A DNA stretch of 64,000 nt from Minisyncoccota bacterium (GCA_041674285.1 JBAYVZ010000002.1:14600-78599); one strand, 5' to 3'; counted from the first letter of the stretch, positions 47,365 to 58,237 are shown. The notes: generated by a model from the sequence alone, not told the origin. Numbers and translations: made by a program.

Positions 47365-49080
47365 TTACATTTTTTCTGGAGTTTTGATACCTAGAAGATA
47401 AAGGCCGTTTTGCATTGTAGTGTGGAATGCAGATACGAGAGCCACACGATACGGTGCATATGGATCATTCTTGTTCACTATCACAGTATTGCCATAGAAA
47501 GAGTTGAATGCAGATGCGAGCTCGGTCAGATACGTAGCGATATGATGGGGTTCTAGTTGTTCATATGCATGCGCTACTACCTCTGGGAATCTGTACAGAG
47601 TCTTTTCCAAAACAGTGATATCAGATGGTATGTCTGTATACGCTACGCAAATACCCTCGCCCTCGGCTTTCTTGTGGATACCATTTGCGCGCACTGCTGT
47701 GTACTGCAGATATGGACCAGAGTCACCATCAAAAGAAATAGATTTTTCAAAATCATAGATGATATCAGATCCGAGTGATGAACGGAGGATAGAATATTTC
47801 AGTGCGGCTACTCCTACAGTCTGAGCGATATTATCTTTCTCCTCGGCAGATAGCTCACGCTCGGCTACCTTTTCTCGAACTACATCCATAGAATCCTGGA
47901 GAAGTGATTCACCTGTGACTACATTACCCTTGCGAGAAGACATCTTGCCAGAGGCGAGGCGCATCATACCATGAGTGATATGCTTCATCTTTTTCTCAAG
48001 ATCTGGATGCATGAGTGATATAGCCTGTTGAACTACCTTCATATACTCGCCCTGCTCAATAGCTGTAGTCACTATAGATAGATCGAGGTTTTCTTCCTTT
48101 TCGAATTTTGTCATTGTCAGACCGATCTCCTTTGTCTCGTATAGTGGCAGACCACTACTAGTGATGAATACTCGAGTGTGTAGTTTTGGATTGTATTTAT
48201 CTGCTTTGAATACTATTGCACCATCAGACTCCTCGAATACATTTGGAGTATTCGCACGGACGATCTTCTCACCGATTGGAGCCATGACAGACTCGAAGAA
48301 ATAGTGATTGAATTTTGTACCTAGAAGTGAATAGATTTTTTCAAAGGCAGCGAGTGTCACTTCTCTACCCCATGCGTAGATTTTATTTATCTCTTCATCA
48401 CTCTTGTCATAAACTTTTTTATTTATCGCATCTATAGCACTCTTTGCATCAGGATTATTCTCGTACTCATCACTACCTTTTGCATACTGCACTCCTATAT
48501 ACTGTGCCTTTTCTGAGACAGAAAGATTCTCATCTGGCATACCAAAATTCTGCAATCCATATATCGCTTTTGCTACGTGTAGACCCACATCCCCTTGATA
48601 GTTCGCACGAACAGTCTTTGCACCAGAGAATTCTACGATACGAGCGATAGATTCACCAATAGCATTGGTCATAAGGTGCCCGATATGAAATGGCTTGAAT
48701 GGATTCGGATCTGTATACTCCACCATTATTTTCTTGCCATTAGACAATTCATTTTTCCCCCAATTTTCTTTTTTATTCAAAATATCTTTTACGCTACCGA
48801 CAAAGAATTCACGTGATAGGTAAAAGTTTATAAATCCTGCCCCTGCTACTTCTATTTTTGAGATTTCTTTTGGAAGATTCTTTTCAATCTCAATCTTTAT
48901 CTCGTCTGCGAGAGCGCGAGGATTCTTACCAGATTGCTTTGCATAGGCCATGGCTACATTTGTAGAGTAGTCTCCATTATTCAAATCAGCAGGATGCTCC
49001 AGGGTAATAGCCGTAGCCTCGATTCCGAGGTTCTTTAGAGCTTCTAGTATTGTATTTTGTATCTGTATTTTTATATTCAT
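47365..49080 (-). CDS. argS: Arginine--tRNA ligase
   Basis: GDYSTN, GFINF, PNPFKPFHIGH, KMSSRKG, GPYLQY; start taken at MNIKIQ. Confidence 0.97.
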   Translation of the reverse strand: MNIKIQIQNTILEALKNLGIEATAITLEHPADLNNGDYSTNVAMAYAKQSGKNPRALADEIKIEIEKNLPKEISKIEVAGAGFINFYLSREFFVGSVKDILNKKENWGKNELSNGKKIMVEYTDPNPFKPFHIGHLMTNAIGESIARIVEFSGAKTVRANYQGDVGLHVAKAIYGLQNFGMPDENLSVSEKAQYIGVQYAKGSDEYENNPDAKSAIDAINKKVYDKSDEEINKIYAWGREVTLAAFEKIYSLLGTKFNHYFFESVMAPIGEKIVRANTPNVFEESDGAIVFKADKYNPKLHTRVFITSSGLPLYETKEIGLTMTKFEKEENLDLSIVTTAIEQGEYMKVVQQAISLMHPDLEKKMKHITHGMMRLASGKMSSRKGNVVTGESLLQDSMDVVREKVAERELSAEEKDNIAQTVGVAALKYSILRSSLGSDIIYDFEKSISFDGDSGPYLQYTAVRANGIHKKAEGEGICVAYTDIPSDITVLEKTLYRFPEVVAHAYEQLEPHHIATYLTELASAFNSFYGNTVIVNKNDPYAPYRVALVSAFHTTMQNGLYLLGIKTPEKM

Positions 49081-49081
49081 A

Positions 49082-49504
49082 TTACTTTTTTCCCGTACTA
49101 CCGAATGCACCCTCACCACGGACTGACTCACTCAATATATCAACTTCCTCTAATTCTGCAATAGCTACTGGGTAAATGATGAGCTGGGCGACTTTGTCAC
49201 CCTCTTCTACTGTATACGGTTCACTACCTAGATTCACTAGATGTGTATTGTACTCTCCACGGTATCCAGCGTCATATACACCACCCATAGTATGGAGTCC
49301 TGCACGAGATACACTACTCTTGTCCTTCACTATCGCAGCATACCCAGTCGGGAATTCGAGTCCAAATCCATGAAAGAAAATATGATGTGCCCCCGGTTGT
49401 AATACCACTGTCTCCATCGCATACATATCCGTACCTACATCCCCCGGATTGGCATACTGTGGCAGCTTTGCATTCTCTTTTAATTTTTTAATTTTTATTT
49501 TCAT
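49082..49504 (-). CDS. dut: dUTP diphosphatase
   Basis: G.D, KSS, GVYDAGYRGE, GDKVAQL, RGEGAFGSTG. Confidence 0.95.
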   Translation of the reverse strand: MKIKIKKLKENAKLPQYANPGDVGTDMYAMETVVLQPGAHHIFFHGFGLEFPTGYAAIVKDKSSVSRAGLHTMGGVYDAGYRGEYNTHLVNLGSEPYTVEEGDKVAQLIIYPVAIAELEEVDILSESVRGEGAFGSTGKK

Positions 49505-49995
49505 GATAGAAATAATTCCTTAACTTCTTTACTATGCATTGCTCCTACAAAATCATTTGGGTTTTCTTTTAACTCTCTCAATAGTTCTTCTTTTGTGAAC
49601 CATTTTAATTGTTCCACTTCACTCTCTTGGGCAGTCAATTTTTTTTCTCTTGAGAATTGTGCAGTGAATATCTGTAAAAATCTTTTTCCAGCAGTAGTAT
49701 CACCGTACATTTTTTTTGACATAGTAAGAGGTACATCATTCACTCCTATCTCCTCCTCCATTTCCTTGTATGCATTGCTCTCATATGTCTCGCCTTCTTC
49801 TACGGTTCCAGCTACTGCTGCACTCCATAATCCTGGATTATTTTTTTTATCCAATTTTCTTTGTTGCATCAAGACATCACCATTCTCATCTGTAATCCAT
49901 ATAGATGTTATACGAATAATATCCTCAGGGTTTCTATCTGATCTATCTTTATAACCTATTATCTCATCTTGCTCATTTACTACTGGGATCTTCAT
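49501..49995 (-). CDS. NUDIX hydrolase (IPP isomerase-like fold)
   Basis: VVNEQD, QQR...K...PGLW, AGTVEEGE......KEMEEEIG. Confidence 0.88.
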   Translation of the reverse strand: MKIPVVNEQDEIIGYKDRSDRNPEDIIRITSIWITDENGDVLMQQRKLDKKNNPGLWSAAVAGTVEEGETYESNAYKEMEEEIGVNDVPLTMSKKMYGDTTAGKRFLQIFTAQFSREKKLTAQESEVEQLKWFTKEELLRELKENPNDFVGAMHSKEVKELFLS

Positions 49996-50071
49996 ATAAA
50001 GTAATTATACACATAAAAAGGCAAACAAAAAGTCCCTTCTTTTTATCGAGAGGACTTTTGCTTTAATGGTG

Positions 50072-50407
50072 TCAACGTTTAATGATATGTTCTGCTGTGA
50101 AGAAATACTCCTCAAATAGTGCTTGGGTTATTGATTCGTAAGCAATTAAATTTGCTAAATCATCAAAAGCCCTAACAACTTCTCGGTATGTATATTCATC
50201 AATTTCTTCTTTTGCTCTCCATGAGTATTCAAAGCAGTCATTTTTAGTAGCTTCAAAATCTTCTTTTGAGAAAAAATTATCTTGATAGATAACACGAGAA
50301 AAATAAGCGAGATCAATTTCTTTATTGATCAGCTTTCCAAAAACATAGTTTCTGAAAAGATCTAAGCTGTGGTTTGACATAAAATTGGGATTTAATTTTA
50401 CCTTCAT
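50072..50407 (-). CDS. Hypothetical protein (ORFan)
   Basis: 111-aa AT-rich ORF, TTGACA upstream, hairpin downstream. Confidence 0.55.
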   Translation of the reverse strand: MKVKLNPNFMSNHSLDLFRNYVFGKLINKEIDLAYFSRVIYQDNFFSKEDFEATKNDCFEYSWRAKEEIDEYTYREVVRAFDDLANLIAYESITQALFEEYFFTAEHIIKR

Positions 50408-50437
50408 ACTACCCCTATACCATATATTGTCAATACC

Positions 50438-51157
50438 TTACTTTTTGGGTACCTTTTTGATTTTTGGGAGGGATTTGATTGCTTTGGCGTACACTTCCTC
50501 ATGTATATCTTCTCGAGTACGCAGAGTATTTTTGATAGAGCAATCCACCTGTACATAATTCTTTTGTGTCTTGGCTAGCCACAGTGCACTCGCACGAGAA
50601 TTCTCGAGAAAATTATTATCCTTTTCATGGACATCCTGCTTCTTGCCTAGATAAGCACGTGCATCCTTTTTATTCCTCTCGGCCATTAAAGCTTTACTGA
50701 TAGCTATAGGTAGACTCAGGTAGAATATCACATCCGGTCTTGGTATCTTGAATACTTCATGCTCCATCTCGTCTAGCCACTCTATGAATGCTTGGCGCTT
50801 TTTTGTATTCTTTATCTTTCCACCTTGATGGATCTGATTGGCACTCACATACCTATTCGCAATCACGATATAGCCCTTTGCGAGCCAATCCTCCATCTGC
50901 CCCTTGGACTCAAATCTATCTGCCGCGTACAGGACCGAGGCGATCTTTGGGTGAACATTCACAAAATTGTAGTACTGCTCGGAGAGGCAGTGCCCGATGA
51001 ATTTACCAAAAAAGTTCTGATAGTATTCTGGAAAATCTACAGTCTTTACTGTATAACCATCCCACTTTAATCTCTTCATCAATAAATCCACCTGAGTAGC
51101 CTTACCACTACCATCTGTACCATCTATCACTATTAGTTTTCCTTTTATTTTTTTCAT
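50438..51157 (-). CDS. tmk: Thymidylate kinase
   Basis: IVIDGTDGSGKATQ, LYAADR, NRYVSAN; start taken at MKKIKG. Confidence 0.92.
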   Translation of the reverse strand: MKKIKGKLIVIDGTDGSGKATQVDLLMKRLKWDGYTVKTVDFPEYYQNFFGKFIGHCLSEQYYNFVNVHPKIASVLYAADRFESKGQMEDWLAKGYIVIANRYVSANQIHQGGKIKNTKKRQAFIEWLDEMEHEVFKIPRPDVIFYLSLPIAISKALMAERNKKDARAYLGKKQDVHEKDNNFLENSRASALWLAKTQKNYVQVDCSIKNTLRTREDIHEEVYAKAIKSLPKIKKVPKK

Positions 51158-51161
51158 ATAT

Positions 51162-52031
51162 TTATCCCAAGGGTACTGCATCAGAAATTTCTTCTTGATC
51201 AGGATATTCCTTTCTTATTTTTTCTATATCATCATTATCCATTATAAAATCCAATGCTCCAAGATTTTGATTTAAATGTTCTTCACTACGAGTCTTTGAA
51301 AGAGTTATCACGTATGGTTGAGAAACTAACCAATTGATAGCGATTTGAGCTGGAGTTTTTTTATATTTTTCAGCCATATCTAAAATAATCTGAGGGGCGT
51401 CTTCTGAAAACATTCCTTTTTGTAATGGCCTCCATGCACTAATAAAAATATCATTTTTCTGGCAATATTCAACGACACCTTTCAGCTCTGGCTCCCTAAA
51501 AATCAAATTGTAGTGCACTTGATTGCAAACAATTTTATTATTCGTATAACTTTGAGCTTCTTTTAAACTCTCAACGGTGAAATTACAAACTCCAATATTT
51601 TTTATAAAACCATTTTCTTTTAGAAAATCTAGGGCTCTCATTGTCTCCTGCAATGGGATTTCTGGATTACAAAAATGAATCAGATAAAGATCTAGATAAT
51701 CTACGCCCAATCTTTCCAAGCTTTTCTTGCAAGAATTTATAACACCGTCAAATGAAAGATTTTCTTTTTTTACTTTTGAAGCTATAAATAATGTAGATCG
51801 ATCAAAATCTTTAATAGCTTTACCTATCAATACCTCGGTATAACCATCAGCATATAATTCAGCCGTATCTATATGTGTAATACCAGCATTTATGGCCGCT
51901 TTTATTCCATTTATATCAGCAGAGTCATCGTTTGAAATATCTCTTTCTAATCTACCCCCCATCTGCCATGTACCCAATCCATACACTGGCATTTCAAATC
52001 CTGTATTTAATTTTTTTGTTGGAATTTTCAT
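51162..52031 (-). CDS. Aldo/keto reductase
   Basis: GLGTW, HIDTAELY, DLYLIH, IGVCNF, NQVHY. Confidence 0.93.
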   Translation of the reverse strand: MKIPTKKLNTGFEMPVYGLGTWQMGGRLERDISNDDSADINGIKAAINAGITHIDTAELYADGYTEVLIGKAIKDFDRSTLFIASKVKKENLSFDGVINSCKKSLERLGVDYLDLYLIHFCNPEIPLQETMRALDFLKENGFIKNIGVCNFTVESLKEAQSYTNNKIVCNQVHYNLIFREPELKGVVEYCQKNDIFISAWRPLQKGMFSEDAPQIILDMAEKYKKTPAQIAINWLVSQPYVITLSKTRSEEHLNQNLGALDFIMDNDDIEKIRKEYPDQEEISDAVPLG

Positions 52032-52032
52032 A

Positions 52033-52455
52033 TTATTTTTCTATATCAAAAAAATTGCGACCAGTTTTATAAGAATCAATACCCTGCATTGTAAAATCAA
52101 AAATAGGACTAGGGAGATTGTCTAGGTCGTACCAGCCCCAGTCTCCAATCTTTTCATTCTCAAAAGTTACAGGCTCACCACTCTCCCATTCAGCATACAT
52201 CTCTATATTCACATAATGCTTTGGGGCATAATTAAAATTATTTGATACATATAAAAACTTAATGTTTTTTACTTCCAAACCACACTCCTCTCTGATCTCC
52301 CGACGAATACATTCTTCAAAAGATTCACCATATTCAAGGTGACCACCTGGCGCAGAATACTCTCCTTCTCCAAAAGAATTCTTTCTTTTACCCAAGAGAA
52401 TTTTCCCATCTTTCAATAGAACTACCCCCATACCCACTTTTGGTCTTTGATCCAT
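52033..52455 (-). CDS. NUDIX hydrolase (NUDT15/MutT-like)
   Basis: RPKVG, LLGKR, PGGHLEYGESFEEC.RRE..EECG. Confidence 0.92.
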   Translation of the reverse strand: MDQRPKVGMGVVLLKDGKILLGKRKNSFGEGEYSAPGGHLEYGESFEECIRREIREECGLEVKNIKFLYVSNNFNYAPKHYVNIEMYAEWESGEPVTFENEKIGDWGWYDLDNLPSPIFDFTMQGIDSYKTGRNFFDIEK

Positions 52456-52459
52456 AAAA

Positions 52460-52939
52460 TTATTTCTCTCCTAATTCTTTTAATGCTTCGGATGCGTAGA
52501 ATAGTACATTGGGCACAAGGCTTGCATTCTCTAATTCTTCCATTGTGAACCATTTTGTCTCGACACCCTTTTCGTGATCAAGAATGGAATCCGCAATTAC
52601 ATCACTATCTGTAGTAGCAAAATACACTAGTGCAATATGCTCATGATCATCAGACACTGGATGTCTACCCATATATCTAGGTGGTATAAGGTATTTATAT
52701 CCACGATTCGACGGACTATCTTCATCCATACCATCTGCGGACCCCACTATTTTAATATCCAGACCAACTTCCTCCTTTACCTCACGGTATGCAGCTTGCA
52801 CAGGATCCTCGTCTAGCTCTATATGCCCACCGATCGATAACCAGAATTTATATTTGTCATGCATACGAAGTAACACTTTGTTTTTATATACAATAAATAC
52901 TTCTACACAAAAATCTATCTTTTCATGAATATGCGCCAT
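52460..52939 (-). CDS. NUDIX hydrolase
   Basis: GGHIELDED....AYREVKEEVG; start taken at MAHIH. Confidence 0.9.
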   Translation of the reverse strand: MAHIHEKIDFCVEVFIVYKNKVLLRMHDKYKFWLSIGGHIELDEDPVQAAYREVKEEVGLDIKIVGSADGMDEDSPSNRGYKYLIPPRYMGRHPVSDDHEHIALVYFATTDSDVIADSILDHEKGVETKWFTMEELENASLVPNVLFYASEALKELGEK

Positions 52940-52940
52940 A

Positions 52941-53354
52941 CTATTTTTCAAAAATATTTTGCATGATTTCGACTATTTCAGATTCTGATGTATATGGATG
53001 AATTTCAAAATCCTTATTACCGACAATCATAGCAGAAACTTTTTTACCTTCTACTTTTAAATACAGACAATAAATCTTTTTATTTAATTTTTCCGCATAG
53101 GCGATCTCGTACCCGACTCCAAGGGATGGATTGGTGATATCAGCGATGACGATGTCGCACTCCTCTATCAACCCTACATCTCTAGTATATATCTCTTCAT
53201 CAGTCATATTTGTGGATCCGTAGCTTGTCATATTTTTATCTGCTACGAATTCGGAAAGAACTTCACCATAATTAGAAATTTGTTTTACGATAAAGTCATA
53301 CCATACCTGATAATCCCTCCCTCCGCTTATTGACCCTGAGAAATATATTTTCAT
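52941..53354 (-). CDS. Nucleoside 2-deoxyribosyltransferase / DNPH1(Rcl)-like dNMP N-glycosidase
   Basis: IYFSGSISGGR, IY.RD, PSLGVGYE, VSAMI motifs. Confidence 0.9.
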   Translation of the reverse strand: MKIYFSGSISGGRDYQVWYDFIVKQISNYGEVLSEFVADKNMTSYGSTNMTDEEIYTRDVGLIEECDIVIADITNPSLGVGYEIAYAEKLNKKIYCLYLKVEGKKVSAMIVGNKDFEIHPYTSESEIVEIMQNIFEK

Positions 53355-53357
53355 AGA

Positions 53358-54539
53358 TTATTTACCTCTTAAAATCTTATCCATCTTTACGGCAATCTTT
53401 ATCATATCCTTTTCCTTTCTTCCGCGAGTAGTCTCTGCACATGTACCGAGGCGGATACCAGATGGATCCATCACGGAGCGCTTGTCTCCTGGAATAGTAT
53501 TCATATTCACTATGATGCCTGCCTTTTCTAACTTCTTGCTCGCATCACTACCTGCAACGCCAGCACCATCCATCCATGTATCTACTAGGATCAGATGTGA
53601 ATCTGTACCACCAGAGATGATATGCCACCCGAGCTTTTTCAATTCTTTTGCTAGTGTCTGCGCATTCTTCACTACTTGCTTTGCATACTTTTTGAATTCT
53701 GGTTTTGAAGCTTCAGCCAGTGCTATAGCTACTGCTGCTATATTGTTCTCGTGTGGACCACCGAAAAGTCCAGGGATGACCATCTTGTCGAGTTTCTTGT
53801 CAAAACCTCTCTCGTCTTTTTTAACAAAGAGGAGTGCTTGTCTCGGACCACGGAGAGATTTGTGAGTAGTAGTCATCACAGAGTCAGCATATGGGAATGG
53901 TGATGGATATGCACCACCAGCTACTAGTCCTCCAAAGTGTGACATGTCTACATGAAGTATCGCACCGCATGCATCAGCGATAGCACGGAATTTCTTGAAG
54001 TCTACAGTACGTGGGTATGCAGTGAATCCTGCGACGATTATCGCTGGCTTCTCTTTCTTTGCTATTTCCATGAGTGCATCATAGTCTATCACTTCACTTT
54101 CTCCATCGAGTTCGAATTGCACAGGCTTCCAGAGCTTGCCTGTCATAGACAGTGGGTGTCCGTGTGTGAGGTGTCCACCGGATGTGAGCTTCATACCCAT
54201 GATCTTCTCCCCTAGCGGTACGAGCGCAGAGTACAGTGCAAAGTTCGCAGGAGATCCGGATAGTAGCTGGGCATTCACATGCCAATCAGTATTTTTCAAT
54301 TTGAATAGTTTTAGAGCACGATCGATGCAGAGCTGTTCTACCTGATCTATTATCTCATTGCCACCATAGTAGCGACGGCCCGGGTACCCCTCGGCATATT
54401 TGTTTGTCAGCGTTGAACCCAATGCGGCGAGCACATCCCGTGATACATAGTTCTCAGATGCGATTAGATTCACCACACTCTTCTGACGCTTGTCTTCTGC
54501 CTTTATAAGTTTTTCTACCTGTTTGTCTTTCATTGCCAT
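53358..54539 (-). CDS. glyA: Serine hydroxymethyltransferase
   Basis: LIASEN, NKYAEGYPG.RYYGG, GGHLTHG, TTTHKSLRGPR. Confidence 0.98.
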   Translation of the reverse strand: MAMKDKQVEKLIKAEDKRQKSVVNLIASENYVSRDVLAALGSTLTNKYAEGYPGRRYYGGNEIIDQVEQLCIDRALKLFKLKNTDWHVNAQLLSGSPANFALYSALVPLGEKIMGMKLTSGGHLTHGHPLSMTGKLWKPVQFELDGESEVIDYDALMEIAKKEKPAIIVAGFTAYPRTVDFKKFRAIADACGAILHVDMSHFGGLVAGGAYPSPFPYADSVMTTTHKSLRGPRQALLFVKKDERGFDKKLDKMVIPGLFGGPHENNIAAVAIALAEASKPEFKKYAKQVVKNAQTLAKELKKLGWHIISGGTDSHLILVDTWMDGAGVAGSDASKKLEKAGIIVNMNTIPGDKRSVMDPSGIRLGTCAETTRGRKEKDMIKIAVKMDKILRGK

Positions 54540-54630
54540 ATAGATTTAAAAAAATTAGGGATTAATATAGGTATTCTATCACAGTAAAAAGATAAACAAA
54601 AAGCCAGTATTTTCCTTGGAAAATCTGGCT

Positions 54631-55101
54631 TTAGTGTGCAACAATCTGTTTTGTGCACAATAATGTGTCGTTATTATCATAGAAGAAATAACGAACACAG
54701 ACATAAGGGTAATCTCCTAATCTTTTCTTTTTAAAGATATAGGTAAAAGAATCTTTGGCGCAAGTGTCTTCAATAAATTTTTCCTTTATAATTTCACCTT
54801 TACGAAAAACAGCTCCCCATGTAGAGATGCATATCCTGCCCCCGACTAATTTCGGGCGAGATATGTACACATCAGAATCATCTGGTCCGCCACGAATATA
54901 AGCTTTTGACTTAAATGGCATTGGGATTTTTAGGCTATCTACGGAATTTGGCCAATAATTTGGCTGTGTTTCTATACTACTTTTATTTAATATTTTCTCT
55001 TGTTCAGTTTTTTTGATAAAAGGGAAAATAACAATAAAAATTAATATAACAAAAATAGTAGACAATTCATTGAACAGCGTATTTTGTTTTATGTCGTCCA
55101 T
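54631..55101 (-). CDS. Hypothetical membrane-anchored protein (ORFan)
   Basis: 156 aa, N-terminal TM, four Cys. Confidence 0.6.
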   Translation of the reverse strand: MDDIKQNTLFNELSTIFVILIFIVIFPFIKKTEQEKILNKSSIETQPNYWPNSVDSLKIPMPFKSKAYIRGGPDDSDVYISRPKLVGGRICISTWGAVFRKGEIIKEKFIEDTCAKDSFTYIFKKKRLGDYPYVCVRYFFYDNNDTLLCTKQIVAH

Positions 55102-55188
55102 AATGTAATTATTTTAATTAAAATGTACGCCTAAAATACAAAATCGTCAAGGGTGGTGCTCTCTGTATAAAAAAAGTACAATATATCC

Positions 55189-56130
55189 ATGGACAAATAT
55201 CACGCAGATAACATATATCTAGATCTAATAGAAAGGATTAAAAATGAGGGTTCTCAAAAGGGTGACCGCACGGGGACAGGGACATTATCAATATTCGGGC
55301 ATCAGATGCGTTTTGATTTATCAAAAGGCTTTCCACTACTTACAACAAAAAAAGTCCCCATAAAAGCAATCATTCATGAATTGATTTGGTTCGTACGGGG
55401 AGATAGCAACTTGAAATATCTCGCGGACAACAATGTGCACATATGGGACGAGTGGCCATACAAGGCATATCTCATAAGGAACAATATCCCCGTACCTGCC
55501 ACAGGTAGCGAAGAGTGGAGTAAAGGGATAAAAGAATTCATTGAAAAAATAAAAGCAGATGAAGATTTTGCAAAAGATTACGGAAACCTAGGGCCAATAT
55601 ATGGATATCAATGGCGCAACTGGCCTACACCAAATGGTGGACACATAGATCAATTGAAAAATGTCATCGAGCAATTAAAGAAAAATCCAAACGACAGGAG
55701 GATGATAGTATCAGCATGGAATGTAGCAGACATCGATGAGATGGCCAAAGCAGGCCTACCGCCATGCCACTGCCTATTCCAATTCTATGTAGCCAATGGA
55801 AAATTGTCTTGCCAGCTATACCAACGTAGCTGTGATACATTCCTGGGTGTACCATTCAACATAGCGTCATATTCAATACTGATAATGATGATCGCTCAAG
55901 TCACAGGATTAGAGCCTGGTGAATTTGTTTGGACTGGCGGAGATGTACATCTATATAATAATCACATGGAGCAAACAGAAATTCAATTGTCTCGCAGGCA
56001 AGACATTCGCCCTATGCCAAAAATGAAGATTAATCCTGAAATTAAAAATATTGAAGATTTTACTATTAATGATTTCGAGCTTTTAGATTACAACCCACAC
56101 GATTCGATCAAAGCTCCTATCGCAGTATAA
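55189..56130 (+). CDS. thyA: Thymidylate synthase
   Basis: DRTGTGT, FPLLTTK, LPPCH, YQRSCD.FLGVPFN. Confidence 0.98.
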   Translation: MDKYHADNIYLDLIERIKNEGSQKGDRTGTGTLSIFGHQMRFDLSKGFPLLTTKKVPIKAIIHELIWFVRGDSNLKYLADNNVHIWDEWPYKAYLIRNNIPVPATGSEEWSKGIKEFIEKIKADEDFAKDYGNLGPIYGYQWRNWPTPNGGHIDQLKNVIEQLKKNPNDRRMIVSAWNVADIDEMAKAGLPPCHCLFQFYVANGKLSCQLYQRSCDTFLGVPFNIASYSILIMMIAQVTGLEPGEFVWTGGDVHLYNNHMEQTEIQLSRRQDIRPMPKMKINPEIKNIEDFTINDFELLDYNPHDSIKAPIAV

Positions 56131-56136
56131 TAATAT

Positions 56137-56637
56137 ATGAAATTATCACTCATCGCAGCCATAGGTCGCAACAATGAACTAGGAAAGGCAAATACCCTAC
56201 TGTGGGATTTGCCCCGTGATATGAAGCATTTCCGTGAGACTACCAGTGGACGGACTATCGTCATGGGTCAAAAGACTTTTGAATCCCTAGGTCGCCCACT
56301 ACCTAGGCGCAGGAATATCGTACTGACAAAAGATGAAGCATTCCACCCAGAGGGGGTGGAGATAGTGTACTCTACAGAGGAGATAGATGAGCTACTGAAA
56401 AACACTGCGACTCCAGATGAAGAGATATTTATAATCGGTGGAGGTCAGATATACAAGATCATGATCTAAAAAGCAGACAGACTATATATCACTCATGTCG
56501 ATATGGAAGACAAAGAAGCAGAGATATACTTCCCTGCTATAGATGAGAACATATGGGGTAAAATAAAGAACGAACATTTTGATGCCGACAATGAAAATAT
56601 ATACAATCTAGATTTTGCAATTTACGAAAGAAAATAA
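56137..56637 (+). pseudogene. folA: Dihydrofolate reductase interrupted by an in-frame TAA (56467-56469)
   Basis: MGQKTFES..RPLP.RRNIVL, IIGGGQIY; the frame continues after TAA as KADRLYITHVD...YFP...W to 56637. Confidence 0.9.
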
Positions 56638-56672
56638 AATAATCCCGACCTAGGTCGGGATTATTTTATTTT
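56631..56672. terminator. Bidirectional terminator (perfect palindrome)
   Basis: aaaataaaataatcccgacct/aggtcgggattattttatttt. Confidence 0.8.
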
Positions 56673-57003
56673 ATGGATCAATATCTGTTTTTTCTCTAAT
56701 GAATATATCTTTGCCATCTGGAGATTTTGTCTTGATATATTTTCTGTGTTTATTAACCTCAATCTTTCTGACTAACTCTTTTTCCAAATCATAGCCCAGA
56801 ATCTCACACATACCGAGTATGAATATCATCACATCAGCAAGCTCCTCTGCTACTCCGTCTTGATTTTTATTGAATTTAGAAAATGCTTCAGAGAGCTCCT
56901 CATGGGCACGACAAAAATCCAAAGCCATATCGGTAGTATTAAAACCTTTCTCAACCTTATTCCTCATCACTTCTGTTTGTAATTCTTTGAGATCTACTGA
57001 CAT
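56671..57003 (-). CDS. MazG-like nucleotide pyrophosphohydrolase
   Basis: EELSEA, EELADV, K.E.N..R; start taken at MSVDLK. Confidence 0.85.
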   Translation of the reverse strand: MSVDLKELQTEVMRNKVEKGFNTTDMALDFCRAHEELSEAFSKFNKNQDGVAEELADVMIFILGMCEILGYDLEKELVRKIEVNKHRKYIKTKSPDGKDIFIREKTDIDP

Positions 57004-57010
57004 AAAATTA

Positions 57011-57517
57011 TTATTGATCCTTATAAGGCTCAACTTCATTATTTATAATTACTAGCTCAATACCAGCTTTTTGGAAAATATCTTTTGATTGCTTTGTGGC
57101 ATGATAATCCCGCAATGCCACCACGCGCACGATACCCGAATTGATAATCATCTTTGCGCATGTATAGCACGGGACCATTTTGCAGTACACAGTACCTCCG
57201 TCTATAGACACTCCGGATTTTGCAGCATTTGCAATAGCATTCTGCTCGGCATGAGCAGTACGAATACAATGGCGAGACACTGTACCATCGTCATGAGTGA
57301 CCGTATGCATCTCGTGACCTACTTCATCGCAATGAGGTAAACCTATAGGAGAACCGACATATCCAGTAGAGAGAATTCTTTTATCACGAGTGATGACTGA
57401 GCCAGCCCTACCACGATCACAAGTGCCACGGGTACCAACCATGCCTGCAAGCTCTAAAAAGTATTCATCCCAAGTAGGGCGAATGTGAACATCAGTATGA
57501 TCTTCCGGTGTATTCAT
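57011..57517 (-). CDS. dCMP deaminase (ComEB family)
   Basis: RPTWDEYF, HAEQNA, PCYTC. Confidence 0.93.
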   Translation of the reverse strand: MNTPEDHTDVHIRPTWDEYFLELAGMVGTRGTCDRGRAGSVITRDKRILSTGYVGSPIGLPHCDEVGHEMHTVTHDDGTVSRHCIRTAHAEQNAIANAAKSGVSIDGGTVYCKMVPCYTCAKMIINSGIVRVVALRDYHATKQSKDIFQKAGIELVIINNEVEPYKDQ

Positions 57518-57610
57518 ATATCAGATTATATGCCTTTTATCCATAAAAGCCAAGATAACAAAAGAGCCTTTAATCTTTCGATCAAAGGCTCCTTATTTCG
57601 GTTTAGAAAA

Positions 57611-58237
57611 TTATTTACAACAGAGGATTTCAAGGGCTTTTTGATAAGCCGGTCCATCACAAAGTGTTTTCATGTTTCCCTGAATAAGTACAGGGTCGTT
57701 TACATCACCTGGCTTGTAAGGATCAGATACACAGATTATCTCCCCGCAGTCATAATCACCGGGATCCACATAATGTATAGTGGAACAGAATTCAGACTGG
57801 CCATCCATAAAGGCACCCACCACAGCGTTGTCGCCTCTGTACTTTGGTTTTTTGTCATCACCCAAAATCCGTAAGTCAGCTGGATGAACATTCACAATTT
57901 TCTTATGATAAGTATCAATAAAAGAATTAGGAATAATCAACATAAATCCAGCGAGCAATACCAAGTCAACCTGATAGGTATCCAGTATTGTTTCAATTCC
58001 AAAAAAATACTGGGCTCGTTTTTCTTTTGATGAAAGATCTGTGCGAAATTTTTTCCAATCTTTTACAATACAAGGTATTCCTATTTTTTGAAAATACGAA
58101 ATACCACTGGCACCCTCAGCACTCGACACAGCACAAACGAATTCATAATTTTTATCACAATTCGGGTCTTTCTCAGACAGAAATACACCGGAGCTGCCGC
58201 CGCCAGTAAACAAAATAGCAATTCTAAGTTTTTTCAT
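57611..58237 (-). CDS. Formyltransferase (PurN-like)
   Basis: IAILFTGGGS, LAGFM, VNVHP, STIHYV...D.G; start taken at MKKLRI. Confidence 0.8.
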   Translation of the reverse strand: MKKLRIAILFTGGGSSGVFLSEKDPNCDKNYEFVCAVSSAEGASGISYFQKIGIPCIVKDWKKFRTDLSSKEKRAQYFFGIETILDTYQVDLVLLAGFMLIIPNSFIDTYHKKIVNVHPADLRILGDDKKPKYRGDNAVVGAFMDGQSEFCSTIHYVDPGDYDCGEIICVSDPYKPGDVNDPVLIQGNMKTLCDGPAYQKALEILCCK

